This document shows, one piece after another, positions 43,001 through 54,179 of a stretch of 64,000 nt of DNA; position 1 is the stretch's first letter; each line of letters begins with the position of its first letter. The notes under the pieces are model-generated. The model worked only from the letters and a program-made list of their open reading frames with translations. It ran no database searches and was not told the DNA's origin. Origin of the DNA: Macrostomum lignano (lineage: Eukaryota); the NCBI GenBank assembly GCA_002269645.1, contig NIVC01000464.1, forward strand, positions 248,001 to 312,000, in the 5' to 3' direction. A program made the position numbers and the translations under genes.

Positions 43001-44078
43001 TTTCAAGCCGCTGGAGCAGCTCATGGCTGTGTTCCCCGCTGCTAGCGGCTCCCACGTGCCGCCATCTTGGCGCGGACTAATGAGCGATCCCGACTCGCCT
43101 ATTATCGACTTTTATCCCATCGACTTCCGCGTCGATCTCAACGGTAAAAAATTTGCCTGGATGGGCGTCGCTCTGTTGCCATTTGTTGACGAGGCGCGCC
43201 TGTTGAAAACGCTGGAGTCAGTCTATCCCAGCCTCCTGCCAGACGAGGTCGAGCGCAACGTGCGCGGACCCGATCGACTGTTTGTTCGATCGACGCACCC
43301 AGCCGCCGCTCTCATCCAGCGCTTGTATGCTGCCGGCAAGAAGGCTCAGGTGGAAGACATTGAGACCAATGCCGATGCCAGCCTCACCAGCGGCGTTGGC
43401 GGCATCTACAAGCCGGATAAGCTGGCCTATCAGCCTGGCGATGATGTGCCTTCGCCAATTGCTCTGCCACAGTTCAAAACTCTGGCGCAATGCCAGGTGG
43501 CCTCCTGTCGCTATTCGGATCCCGTGTTCCCGCGCGGCCACGTGTTCCCAGCCCGTCCGCTGCCGGGCGCCCGGCCACCGCCGGCCACTCTTCGGCCGGA
43601 GGACCTGGAGCCCGGCCGGCAGTGGATGCCGAATCTTGGCCCGGGCCCCAACGGCGGTCACCGGCCGCGACAGTCGTTCGACTCTGCCGGGCCGATGCGC
43701 CGGATGGCATCGGCTGAGCTGGGCTCCGCTGAGCGATTCAACACCAGCCGGTATGGCGCTGTGCCTCCGCCTCAGCTGATGCAGCAGCAGCACAGAATGC
43801 AGCCTTCGGGTCGGTCTGTGCCGAATTTGCATCACCAGCACAATCAGTGGCCTGGCCAGTCGCCTTACCCGTCTCAGCAGCAGCAGCAGCACTATCAGCG
43901 GCAATTCCAGCAGCCACCACGGCATCAATTCTATCAGCAGCAGCAGCAGCAGCAGTACCAGAGCCCGTATCCGCCGCAATACCAAACTGACTGGAGAAGT
44001 GGCAGAGGCGGCGGCAGAGGTGGTGGCTACAGCGGCGGCGGGGGCGGTCGGGAGTCGCGCCGCTACCAGCCTTACTAA
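40066..44078 (+). CDS. XRN2: 5'-3' exoribonuclease 2; exons 40066-40672, 41192-41697, 41985-42341, 42747-44078; 933 aa
   Basis: [92 protein letters not shown] knuckle [42 protein letters not shown]; intron phases are consistent. Confidence 0.96.
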
Positions 44079-44154
44079 CTGATTTCTGACTTTGCTTTTT
44101 TTGCTTTCAGGGTCCTGTATGTGCATATATTAGAGTGCATTTGCAGTGCCGCAA

Positions 44155-44326
44155 CATACGTGCGCAACCTTGGGAATCACTCGGCCGTTTCTATTGGCAA
44201 CACACGCATGTAAGTCGCTATTGGCTGAGAGCAGTCACGTGACTACTATTCCGTCCAGTAGCGACTTACATGTGTGCGTTGCCAATAGAAACGGCCGGGT
44301 GAATCCCTAGGTTGCGCCCAAGCATG
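44155..44326. mobile_element. Palindromic MITE (172 bp, 8-bp TSD) downstream of the XRN2 stop codon
   Basis: About 63-bp near-perfect inverted arms (44162-44224 / 44257-44319); TSD TGCCGCAA at 44147-44154 and 44327-44334. Confidence 0.85.
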
Positions 44327-45098
44327 TGCCGCAACCAATGATGCATCAATATAATACAACTATGGGCTTTGGATATTGCGGCTGACTGAGCGGTCGGAGA
44401 GTACATGGCTTTTCATTTGATTTTATTTGGGCCGTGGGGATGAAAGTTCAAGGTATCTGCAACCTGGAAAAACCTGATTGTAATTGTGTCATTTTGCTTT
44501 TCACTATATTTGTGTTTCTGTTGTCAATTTTAATTATAATTTATAGCTTTGATAGGCAAGTTCCTCTTGTGTAGCCGCCGCTCAAATCCAACTTGGTCTA
44601 TTGTTCATCTTCTATTGTTTTCTCTGCTTTGTTAATCTGTTACGCTACTGACAGTTGTCCGTCTAATTTGATCGTTAATTTATTAGCTGCTAAAGCAGAT
44701 TCAATTCGTATGCTGTTTTGTGTGGCTTTTTTATTTCCTGTTTTAAATTTGTTTTTCTTATCCAACATGTCTTTTATTTTGCGAAGTGTAAAATAATATT
44801 GATGCGCCATGTGTGTCATTTCCGTTCGAGAATAAACCGATGCGAGATGCCATGTCGCTCAGTTGAATTCGATCAGCTTGTGCTAGGCATCATGGATGTG
44901 TAACCACTTTTTGAGTCGTTTAATTCTATTTATTTCTAAGTTATTTTTAACTCAATCCAACTAGCGCAAATAAGGATCGCTGTAAGGATTATTTAGGGAA
45001 ATTGAGTATTTCACTTTAAAATAATGAACCAATTGTGCGACCGGGTCTCAATTGAGTTACTCGTAGCTATCAGCCTCGAAGACTGCAGCCTTGTGTAA

Positions 45099-45630
45099 CC
45101 TGCACCACCTCTCCAACCCTTCAGTCAATCACTGAAGCCTCCACTGAGACCTGAACCACCTCTGCAGCCCCTCAGTCAGTCACTGAAGCCTCCATTGAGA
45201 CCTGCACCACCTCTGCAGCCCCTCAGTCAGTCACTGAAGCCTCCACTGAGACCTGAACCACCTCTGCAGCCCCTCAGTCAGTCACTGAAGCCTCCATTGA
45301 GACCTGCACCACCTCTGCAGCCCCTCAGTCAGTCACTGAAACCTCCACTGAGACCTGCACCACCTCTGCAGCCCCTCAGTCAGTCACTGAAACCTTCACT
45401 GAGACCTGCACTGCCTCTGCAGCCCCTCAGTCAGTCACTGAAACCTCCACTGAGACCTGCACCACCTCTGCAGCCCCTCAGTCAGTCACTGAAACCTTCA
45501 CTGAGACCTACACTGCCTCTGCAGCCCCTCAGTCAGTCACTGAAACCTTCACTGAGACCTACACTGCCTTTGCAGCCCCTCAGTCAGTCACTGAAACCTT
45601 CACTGAGACCTACACTGCCTTTGCAGCCTT
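45099..45630 (+). repeat. 51-bp minisatellite (about 10 units) between the convergent XRN2 and ETHE1 3' ends
   Basis: Unit ACCTGCACCACCTCTGCAGCCCCTCAGTCAGTCACTGAAGCCTCCATTGAG. Confidence 0.95.
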
Positions 45631-46000
45631 GTGTCACTGTCAATAAGCATTGCAAATGACAATTAAAAAAATATTTATAATATTCGGTGAAAGGCACATC
45701 TAATATCTGGTGCAAGTTATACACGAAAGAAATGTATCGTTTATATTGTCAGTATTTGAGCGACTATAGGCAAAAATTGCTATTTAGTTAAAAATATTTA
45801 ATTAAAAACCTCTGATAATTATTCGTAAACTATTTGGCTAACTAATAGGCATATCGGGTTTAAGGTTTTAGAAAAAATCTGAATTCACGCAACCAATATT
45901 TTCTTATTTGACATATAAAGAGTTTTGATAATATCGAATACGCATACGAAGTCTAATGTATCGTGTTCCAATTGGTCAATAAAACATTGGTATCCAGCGG

Positions 46001-47024
46001 TCAGTCTTGCAAACCGCACACCATATTCGCTGGCAGGGCCGCATCGATCTGCTTCGGATAGGGCAGGTTCAAGTTGTTCATGATGTCAACGAACTCGCTT
46101 TTCGTCTTAGTCAGCCGGCTGTTGAACTTCTTCTCCTCGGCTACTGTGGTGACAGTCTGGCCAGTGTAGTCGTGAGCAGGATAGAGCTGGTAGTTGTCAG
46201 GCAGGCTGAATATCTGCGAGTGCACGGACTCGTATAGGCGCTCTGGCGAGCCCTGCTGGAAGTCGGTTCTACCGCAGCCGCGAATGAGCAGCGCGTCGCC
46301 TGTGAACGCCATTCGGTGGCTGTGCAGCACGTAGGTGAGGCAGCCGTCCGTGTGGCCGGGCGTCGAGCGGGTCTCCAGTTGCAGCTTGCCAAAGTCGATC
46401 TGAAACCATTAAATTCTTCTCTATGATTCAATGATTCTCTATGAGAGAGCCCAGTTACAGATAAAGGTCAATGAAGATTTTCCTTCAGTAATTCCTCGTG
46501 GAGAGCCTCATACAGTTATTAATGAAGGTCAATGAAGATTTCATTTAGTTATTCCTCGTGGAGAGCCTCAGTTACGGTTGAAGGTCAACTGATTTCCTTC
46601 AGTGTCTTGCTGAAAATTTGCTAAAAATCTTATCTATCATCTAAGGATCAGTCTCGTATCCAGGTACTCGTGATTTCGGCAAATTGAAATTTTGATGGAT
46701 GTGAAAGAATGAGAAATTCACCTTATCCCCATGCTTCACTCGGACATTAGCTTTCGCTTGGCTGGCCTCCGCGATGACGCTTTGACACCCGGGAATCAGC
46801 GACTTCAGCTTGCCCGAGCCGGTCACGTGATCAGCGTGCACGTGCGTGTTGATGGCGAATTTCAGGACCAGGCCCAGCTGCTTAACGATGCCAGCGTCCC
46901 GATCGACAGTTTCAATGACGGGATCGATCAGCACGGCCTGTTTGGTGACCTCGCAGGCCAGCAGGTACGAGTAAGTGCTGCTCTTGGACTCGAACAGTTG
47001 GCGGAAAATCAGCCCGGCGGACAT
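46001..47024 (-). CDS. ETHE1: Persulfide dioxygenase (metallo-beta-lactamase fold); exons 47024-46722 and 46399-46001; 233 aa
   Basis: [79 protein letters not shown]; phase-0 GT-AG intron. Confidence 0.95.
46440..46692. repeat. Dispersed repeat with about 57-bp internal units, ETHE1 intron copy
   Basis: GAGAGCCC(C)AGTTAC...GAAGGTCAATGAAGATTT units plus a shared tail GCTGAAAATTTGC...CGTGATTTCGG.AAATTGAAATTT; direct homolog at about 47820-48116. Confidence 0.8.
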
Positions 47025-47819
47025 TTTTTTCCGATGAGTGCTGCTTGTTGAAGTTTTGATTTTACAGAGAAAGTTGGATTCTAGGTTTGGCTAAAAGCTG
47101 TTGCTAGTTATAGTCGACAATCAGTTAGAGCTTATGTAGAGAACTCAAAGGGTCAACCGCATCTGTGCAGTTCTGCAGAACTTTACAGTGCGTGGCTCAC
47201 ACCCCTTCTTGGCCAGGATTGGTGGGGCGCCAGCAGGAGAGAGAAAAGAAGTGAAGATATAATTGCTACTTTACTGCCAATGTACACTCAAATAGTGCTC
47301 AATACAACCGTTATTGCTTCTCTCTCCATTTGTTCGTAAAAGCGGTTTTAAAATAGGACGCTATGGAATGGGTTCAGTGGAATGTCTTTTGCCCTTTAGT
47401 TGTTACCTTACCTTAAGTGGTTAGACTAAGGCGTTAAGCATTATTCTTCCATCCAGCTTTAAAGATATTTAAACTTTGTCAGATTACTTGAAAGTTAAGC
47501 AAACCATTTTAGAAAATGTTGATGTCTATGGCCGAATAATCATTTTCTTTCCTTTCCCGTCTATGTCTATGGGCAACACTAGATCTACTGTTGTCAAATA
47601 GGAATTCCCAACATGGTTTGCTTAAATATCAAATCAACTTGGAGCTATATTTAAGTATATTTAGCTTATACCCAAAGATATTTCATACTCTAGACTAGAT
47701 GGACTACTTAATGCTGAGCAATAGGCTGAATCCGACCGTTGATTTCGATGAACTCATTAAACTAGCATAATTGATTAGCAATGGTACTCATAGATTAGCT
47801 AGCATGTAACTGAGTTGAA

Positions 47820-48116
47820 CGAAGTTACGGATGAAGGTCAATGAAGATTTCTTTCTGTAATTCCATGCGGAGAGCCCCAGTTACGGGTGAAGATCAATGA
47901 CGATTTCCTTCAGTTTCCTCGTGGAGAGCCCAGTTACATGTACGTGTGAAGTTCAATGACGATTTCCTTCAATTTTCTTGTGGAGAGCCCCAGTTATGTG
48001 TGAAGATCAATGAAGATTTCTATCAGTTTCTTGCTGAACATTTGCTGAAAATCTTATCTATCTTCCAGGGATCAATCTCGTATCTAGGTACACGTGATTT
48101 CGGTAAATTGAAATTT
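47820..48116. repeat. Dispersed repeat with about 57-bp internal units, copy upstream of ETHE1
   Basis: Same units and tail as 46440-46692, in the same orientation. Confidence 0.8.
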
Positions 48117-50039
48117 ACTGAGTTGAACGAAGTTACATTCCAAGTTAAAATTCTAAGCACATTACATGTGCACTTATGCCCGGCACTGATGTCATTGTGT
48201 CATGCTGTACGCTCATTATTCCACGCTTAGGGATCATTATTTTAGGCTTCTAAAAATACATTCATGAGACAATGTGTTTGTGTATATGGTTTTGTCATAG
48301 ACAATGATAAATTTTAGTCACTCGTGGCTTCGCCACTCGTGAAAATTTTATCATTGTCTACCTCCAAAACCATATACACAATCTATCATTATTCCACACT
48401 TTTTCATCATGTTGCAATTGGCTGTTTTGAGAGTTATTTTACCATAGGCAACTGTGATGTGTGTTTTAGTTAGACCATAGACAACACTCTGATGAGTGCT
48501 GATTTTGCGTGCGTCTTGCCAGAAAGCAGGGGAGCAAGCATGCAAAAGCTATTTGTCTTGTCAAGCAACTATGGCTAGTGTTTCTCGTTAAACAGCCGCG
48601 CCGCGCCTATTAATTAGAAACATCTTTCTGTCTTTGTTCATTGCCTCCAATTTGCCTTAATTATTCACTTTGCCAACACAGCTTGCTATAAAGTACATAG
48701 TGTACTCTGACCCAAAAATTACAATAATAGCTAAACATTTTGCTCCTGAATCATTAGTCAAAAGATTCATTGATCTGAACTACTGCGACGGAAAATCATT
48801 CTGGTTGTCAATCGTGTGGTTGAATACTCTTGAATTCAACCACGCTTCACACAGCATTTTAATCCGACTAATCCTCCTTTTCAGAGTGTTTCTGTCTGCG
48901 CTGCTCTGCTCCCTTATACAGAGTATGCTTCGTAAGCTTAGCTGTTAAAATAAGTTAAATATTATAGTGAATGGACTAGCCATCAGCGCCCCCCGTTGCG
49001 AAGCCAACAAATGGAATACAAATTTCTGAATAAACTACATGTAGCTTCTGACCTCAGCTTTGATGTCGCACCAATTTCCCCATAAGCCTTGAAATCTCAG
49101 CAATTCCAACAGTAAGCCTTGACATCTGTTCTCGAGCAAAGTCATGGTTGACTTAATGAGTGCTCGCAGCCTTCGTGAAGGAGCCACTCTGAATTCTGAA
49201 AGAAATCGAGAGAAAGGCGCCGAAAGAACAAAACTGTACTATAACTGTTTTCTTCAGAAATTGAAACAATGATAAAGAAAATTCAAAGCTTAGATAAGAA
49301 TTGTCGGCTTTTTTCTGCTTGACCGAGAAATCAGATCTTGCAAGTGCGTTACAGTCGTCGCTTATCATATCCGAGCACTGAATCGCGGCTTGGACCAAAA
49401 TACATTGGTAGATCTTATCTGTTCAAAAGAAGCAAAACTTCTGCTGCCGTATGCGCTGTGAATGCACTGTCAGTGGGGTTGGCTGAATGCGCTGCTGTTT
49501 GCAGACGCTCGAGCTTTGAAATTTCAACTATTATTCAGTTATTCGTTTGAATAAAGCAGGGAATCCTATTGGCTTTCCCTGGAGGCTTCCCCGGAATAAA
49601 GACTCATCTGATCCTATCTATTGTTTTAAATTTTATGTTCGAAGATCTAACCTGTCTGTCTGTCTGTGTGTCTGTCTGCGTGTCGAAAGTTCAGTGAGTT
49701 TTCACTACTACTACTTTTGAATTCTTTGATTGCTACTTCTAGTATTATGTTGTGTTCAGCTATTCAGGAAAATTTTTCACAAGCTATATTTTTTGCTCAT
49801 CAAATTGTAACTTTTCAATTTTTCACAGGGAGGCTGTGAGCGCTGTCGCAAATTAAGTATGCGGCAGTCGACCCGCAGCCAGTGACAGGGCGAGCAGTCG
49901 TGCCCATCACGCTGACCCCAGAGCACTCACAGGAATATGTACGTATCGGCACACGCTCACAATGGTGTACAACGGCCTTTTTGACCTTTTTGACATTTGA
50001 CTTTCTAATCGTCAGAAATGCACACTCTGTGCGCCTTGG

Positions 50040-50050
50040 GGCAGACAGAC

Positions 50051-50115
<65 letters not shown>
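50040..50115 (+). repeat. (CAGA)n microsatellite, possibly within a Helentron-associated non-autonomous element
   Basis: CAGA run followed by TCTTGAGCTGCTC..CCCTAAAAAT; an inverted (CTGT)n run at about 49652-49678. Confidence 0.75.
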
Positions 50116-50116
<1 letters not shown>

Positions 50117-53100
50117 GTCAGACGCGTTACCCTCTTGAGCTGCTCTGCCCTAAAAATTTACGTGTAGTCGAAAAAAGCAAATTAAATTTCATTTAGCTAC
50201 ATGCATACTCGTATTGTGTACGCAGAAACCGCAGGAATTCGAAGACAGCCATAGCTAGACAACAGTCTTGGTGTCGAGTTACCAATTTTTGGCAGGACCC
50301 ACCCGCCATATTTGTATATTTGATGCACGCGTCTTAGAGAAGCCTGTAGATATGCATCAGAACGCTTGCCATACTTGGCCGCAAGTTACATTACTAGAAT
50401 ACTAACGGAGAGAACTGATAAAAACGCGCACTGACCGCTGAGGGGCATGAATACACAGTACTGGATGCATAACAGTGAGCGCGTGCATCTGCAAAATCTA
50501 AATATGAAGCATTGCAAAATAAAACCACGCACCATTCTGACTTTGCTATTTATTTATAAAAGCTATGCGAGCTCCAATTTAAGATTTTCAGGGTATAAAA
50601 ATTTACTGCCGGTCAATAAGGCTAACGTGTTTGTTATAGCTTCCTTTGCATATAATCTTGAAACTTGTGTGCCGCAATCCTGCCGTTATGGCCCAGAGCT
50701 CCGGAGCAAGTCAAAGCGGTGAGGAATCCTTCGAGCCAGAACTCAACAAAGCGTTTCGAGATCGGCTCAAACCATGCCTGGACGCCATAGACTGTCTGCG
50801 GGCTCAGGGTCTGCAAAAGGACGTCCGACTGCCGGCTATTGCCGTTGTCGGCGACCAGTCGGTGGGCAAGTCGTCCGTGCTCGAATCCATCTCTGGCATC
50901 GACTTGCCCCGCGGTCTGGGCATCGTCACCCGCTGCCCGCTGATGCTGAGCATGCGGAACCGTGAGGAGGCCGGCTGGTCTGCCAGAATCAAGTGAGGAT
51001 CAGGAGTTGCCTGCTCAATGTCTGCAACGACTTTTGATTGAAATTGAATTTTTATTGCATTGATTATGACTTGAATTTATGATTACAGATATAAAACAAA
51101 AACAGGCGAGGGCAGGGAGAAGAAACTTACTGGGGCAAGCGAAGTTGGCCAAGCGATACGCGATGCTCAGAACGAGATGACCAACTCGAGCGGAGAGGTC
51201 TCCGAGCAGCTAATCGAGCTGTGGGTTGAGAGTCCCGAGTCTCCGGACTTGACACTGATTGACCTGCCGGGAATTGCCAGGTAATATCGGATTTGAAATG
51301 CTTACATTTTTGTCTAGCAGCAGCAGGTGTGTGCTTTGCATGCTATTCGGCGACGTTGCTTGCAAAGCAGGACACAGTTGTAGCTATTAGTAGGGAGACT
51401 ACCTGCGAAAAGAACTGGCGTCTAAAGTCCCAAACCCTGCTGAATGACGCCCATCCATAGTGTGAGAAGTTCAGTAATGATCAGAGTAAGGGGGTGGGTA
51501 CTATGGTATGGTAGAGTAGCTTAGTTGGTTAACGCGTCTAACGTTCGAGCCGGCCATTCCGTGCGCGGCCACGTGATCATTCGGAGTGCAGTGCTAATTT
51601 TCGGCGGTGCTCAAAGACACCCTAGGGGCTGTGGGTTGATTGTCACCTTGATTTGCGGCGATGCTCACAGACACCCTAGGGGCTGTGGGTTGACTCTCAC
51701 CTTGATTTGCGGCGGTGCTCACAGACACCCTAGGATCTTGTCAACTATAGACAAGCGTTAGCTGATGACACTTGTTTTCTTGCCATACAATTGATTTAAT
51801 TGGCGAAGTCTGGCGAACTATCATCCAGGTACTCCATCGACGGTGGCGGAGCCATAGCCGGTCTAACCAAGTCCCTCATCCTGAGCTACATTGAAAAGGA
51901 AGAAATTTTAATACTGGTTGTCATCCCGTGCCACGTAGACATCGAGACAGTTGAGGCTCTCTCCCTAGCCAAAGAGGTCGACCCGGAATCGAAGCGGACA
52001 ATCGGAGTTCTCACCTGTCCTGACCTGGTCAACCCAGGCTCCGAATCAGAAGTCCTGGCGCTCATGCAAAACCGGAAGATTCCGTTGAAGAAGGGCTACG
52101 TCTCCGTGAGGTGCCGAACACCGCAGCAGTTGAAGGACAACATGAGCCTGCAGCAGGCGGCCAGGGAGGAGGAAGTGTTCTTCCGGACCCATCCGCACTT
52201 CAGGGCGCTGGACAAATTCGAGTACGGAACCAAGACTCTGGCGGTGAAGCTGAGCAGCGAGCTCTACGAGGCTATCAAGCACAACATCCCTGAGCTGATG
52301 AGAGAGGTCCAGGTAATTCGCCATGACACCCGGGCAAATAAAAACATTGGAGGCGGGGGCAAGTAGGTCAGTTGTAAACGTGCCCGGCTCTGACTCGGTT
52401 CGATTCTGTGCGCAGCCACATCTATTTGATCAAGAGAGTGTACGAGCCTGACGATTAGAAAGTCCGTGTGAGCGTGTGTATGACGATTTCGCCAAAGGCG
52501 TTGCGCCAAGGCGCCTGCAGCCCTCCTCAATAAATAATTCAAGAATCAAAGTGATGCTAGGACCTGTAGCTAAAATTTCAAAGCCGTACGTGCCTCGGTT
52601 GTTTCGTTAAAATGCGCACCTGTGTCCTGAAAATCGCGGCCAACAGCTTTTTTATTATTATTGTGGTCACCCATGCTCATTTCCACACACGTACGCTACT
52701 GCCTTTTTAGATGAAACGCGAGGATATCTGCAAAAAGTTGGAAACCATGGGCTGCGGACCGCCCGACTCGATTGAAGAAATGAAGAATCTGCTGGTCAGA
52801 ATGATCAATAAGTTCACGACGGACTTCGCCAATGTTTCCACTGGAACCATCGTCACGAGCCAGACAGGCTGTTTGGTCGCTGCCGCAAGCACTGGGAGAC
52901 ACTGGCTGACGAGATTGAGCAGTGCGCCTTCTCAGAGCGCAGTGACGGTAAGACCGATACGCTCTTATCGATATGAGTTTTGTTAGGATATGAGACGCTA
53001 TTACAATAAAATAGGTGAATAGTTCTAAAGACTACTAACTTATCGTCGGACGAGTATCAGGACGTATCGGTTGCACTCATGGCTAATGATTTGAGGACCA

Positions 53101-53263
53101 GAAATTTAAATACACTTTACTCCGAAACACCGTAACTTTTAGAGGTTCTTGAGATGTACTCAAAAAGTACTCATGACTCATGATTACTTCTTGAGATTTA
53201 CTCATGAATTTAGAATTCATGATGACATAGCTCGATTAAATTATGCTGGCACATCTACATCTG

Positions 53264-54179
53264 CAGCACAGAATCCCTATCAGTTGCAATGCCATTCCCG
53301 TTTACACAGTGACATTACAGCACAGAATCCCTATCAGTTGCAATGCTATTCCCGTTTACACAGTGACATTACAGCACAGAATCCCTATCAGTTGCAATGC
53401 TATATTCCCGTTTACACAGTGACATTACAGCACAGAATCCCTATCAGTTGCAATGCCATTCCCGTTTACACAGTGACATTACAGCACAGAATCCCTATCA
53501 GTTGCAATGCTATTCCCGTTTACACAGTGACATTACAGCACAGAGTCCCTATCAGTTGCAATGCCATTCCCGTTTACACAGTGACATTACAGCACAGAAT
53601 CCCTATCAGTTGCAATGCTATATTCCCGTTTACACAGTGACATTACAGCACAGAATCCCTATCAGTTGCAATGCTATTCCCGTTTACACAGTGACATTAC
53701 AGCACAGAATCCCTATCAGTTGCAATGCCATTCCCGTTTACACAGTGACATTACAGCACAGAATCCCTATCAGTTGCAATGCCATTCCCGTTTACACAGT
53801 GACATTACAGCACAGAATCCCTATCAGTTGCAATGCTATATTCCCGTTTACACAGTGACATTACAGCACAGAATCCCTATCAGTTGCAATGCTATTCCCG
53901 TTTACACAGTGACATTACAGCACAGAATCCCTATCAGTTGCAATGCCATTCCCGTTTACACAGTGACATTACAGCACAGAATCCCTATCAGTTGCAATGC
54001 CATTCCCGTTTACACAGTGACATTACAGCACAGAATCCCTATCAGTTGCAATGCTATTACCGTTTACACAGTGACATTACAGCACAGAATCCTTATCGAT
54101 TACAATGCTATTCCCGTTTACACAGTGACATTACAGCACAGAATCCCTATCAATTACAATGCTATTCCCGTTAACGCAG
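53264..54179 (+). repeat. 54/56-bp splice-acceptor minisatellite (17 units), MxL-2 intron 4
   Basis: 16 copies of CCCGTTTACACAG|TGAC (one with ACCG) precede the terminal acceptor CCCGTTAACGCAG|TGACTGCG at 54179/54180. Confidence 0.95.

Noticed and set aside
53149-54174. Repeat-protein ORFs ([18 protein letters not shown])n as an independent gene
   Set aside because: They arise automatically from a 54-bp unit inside Mx intron 4 and have no proper start context. Only the acceptor-frame reading is considered, as a splicing hypothesis.
53264-54179. Regularly spaced repeats (also 39203-39920, 45099-45630, 61044-62100) as CRISPR arrays
   Set aside because: The units are contiguous tandem copies with no unique spacers, there are no cas genes, and the context is eukaryotic and intronic.
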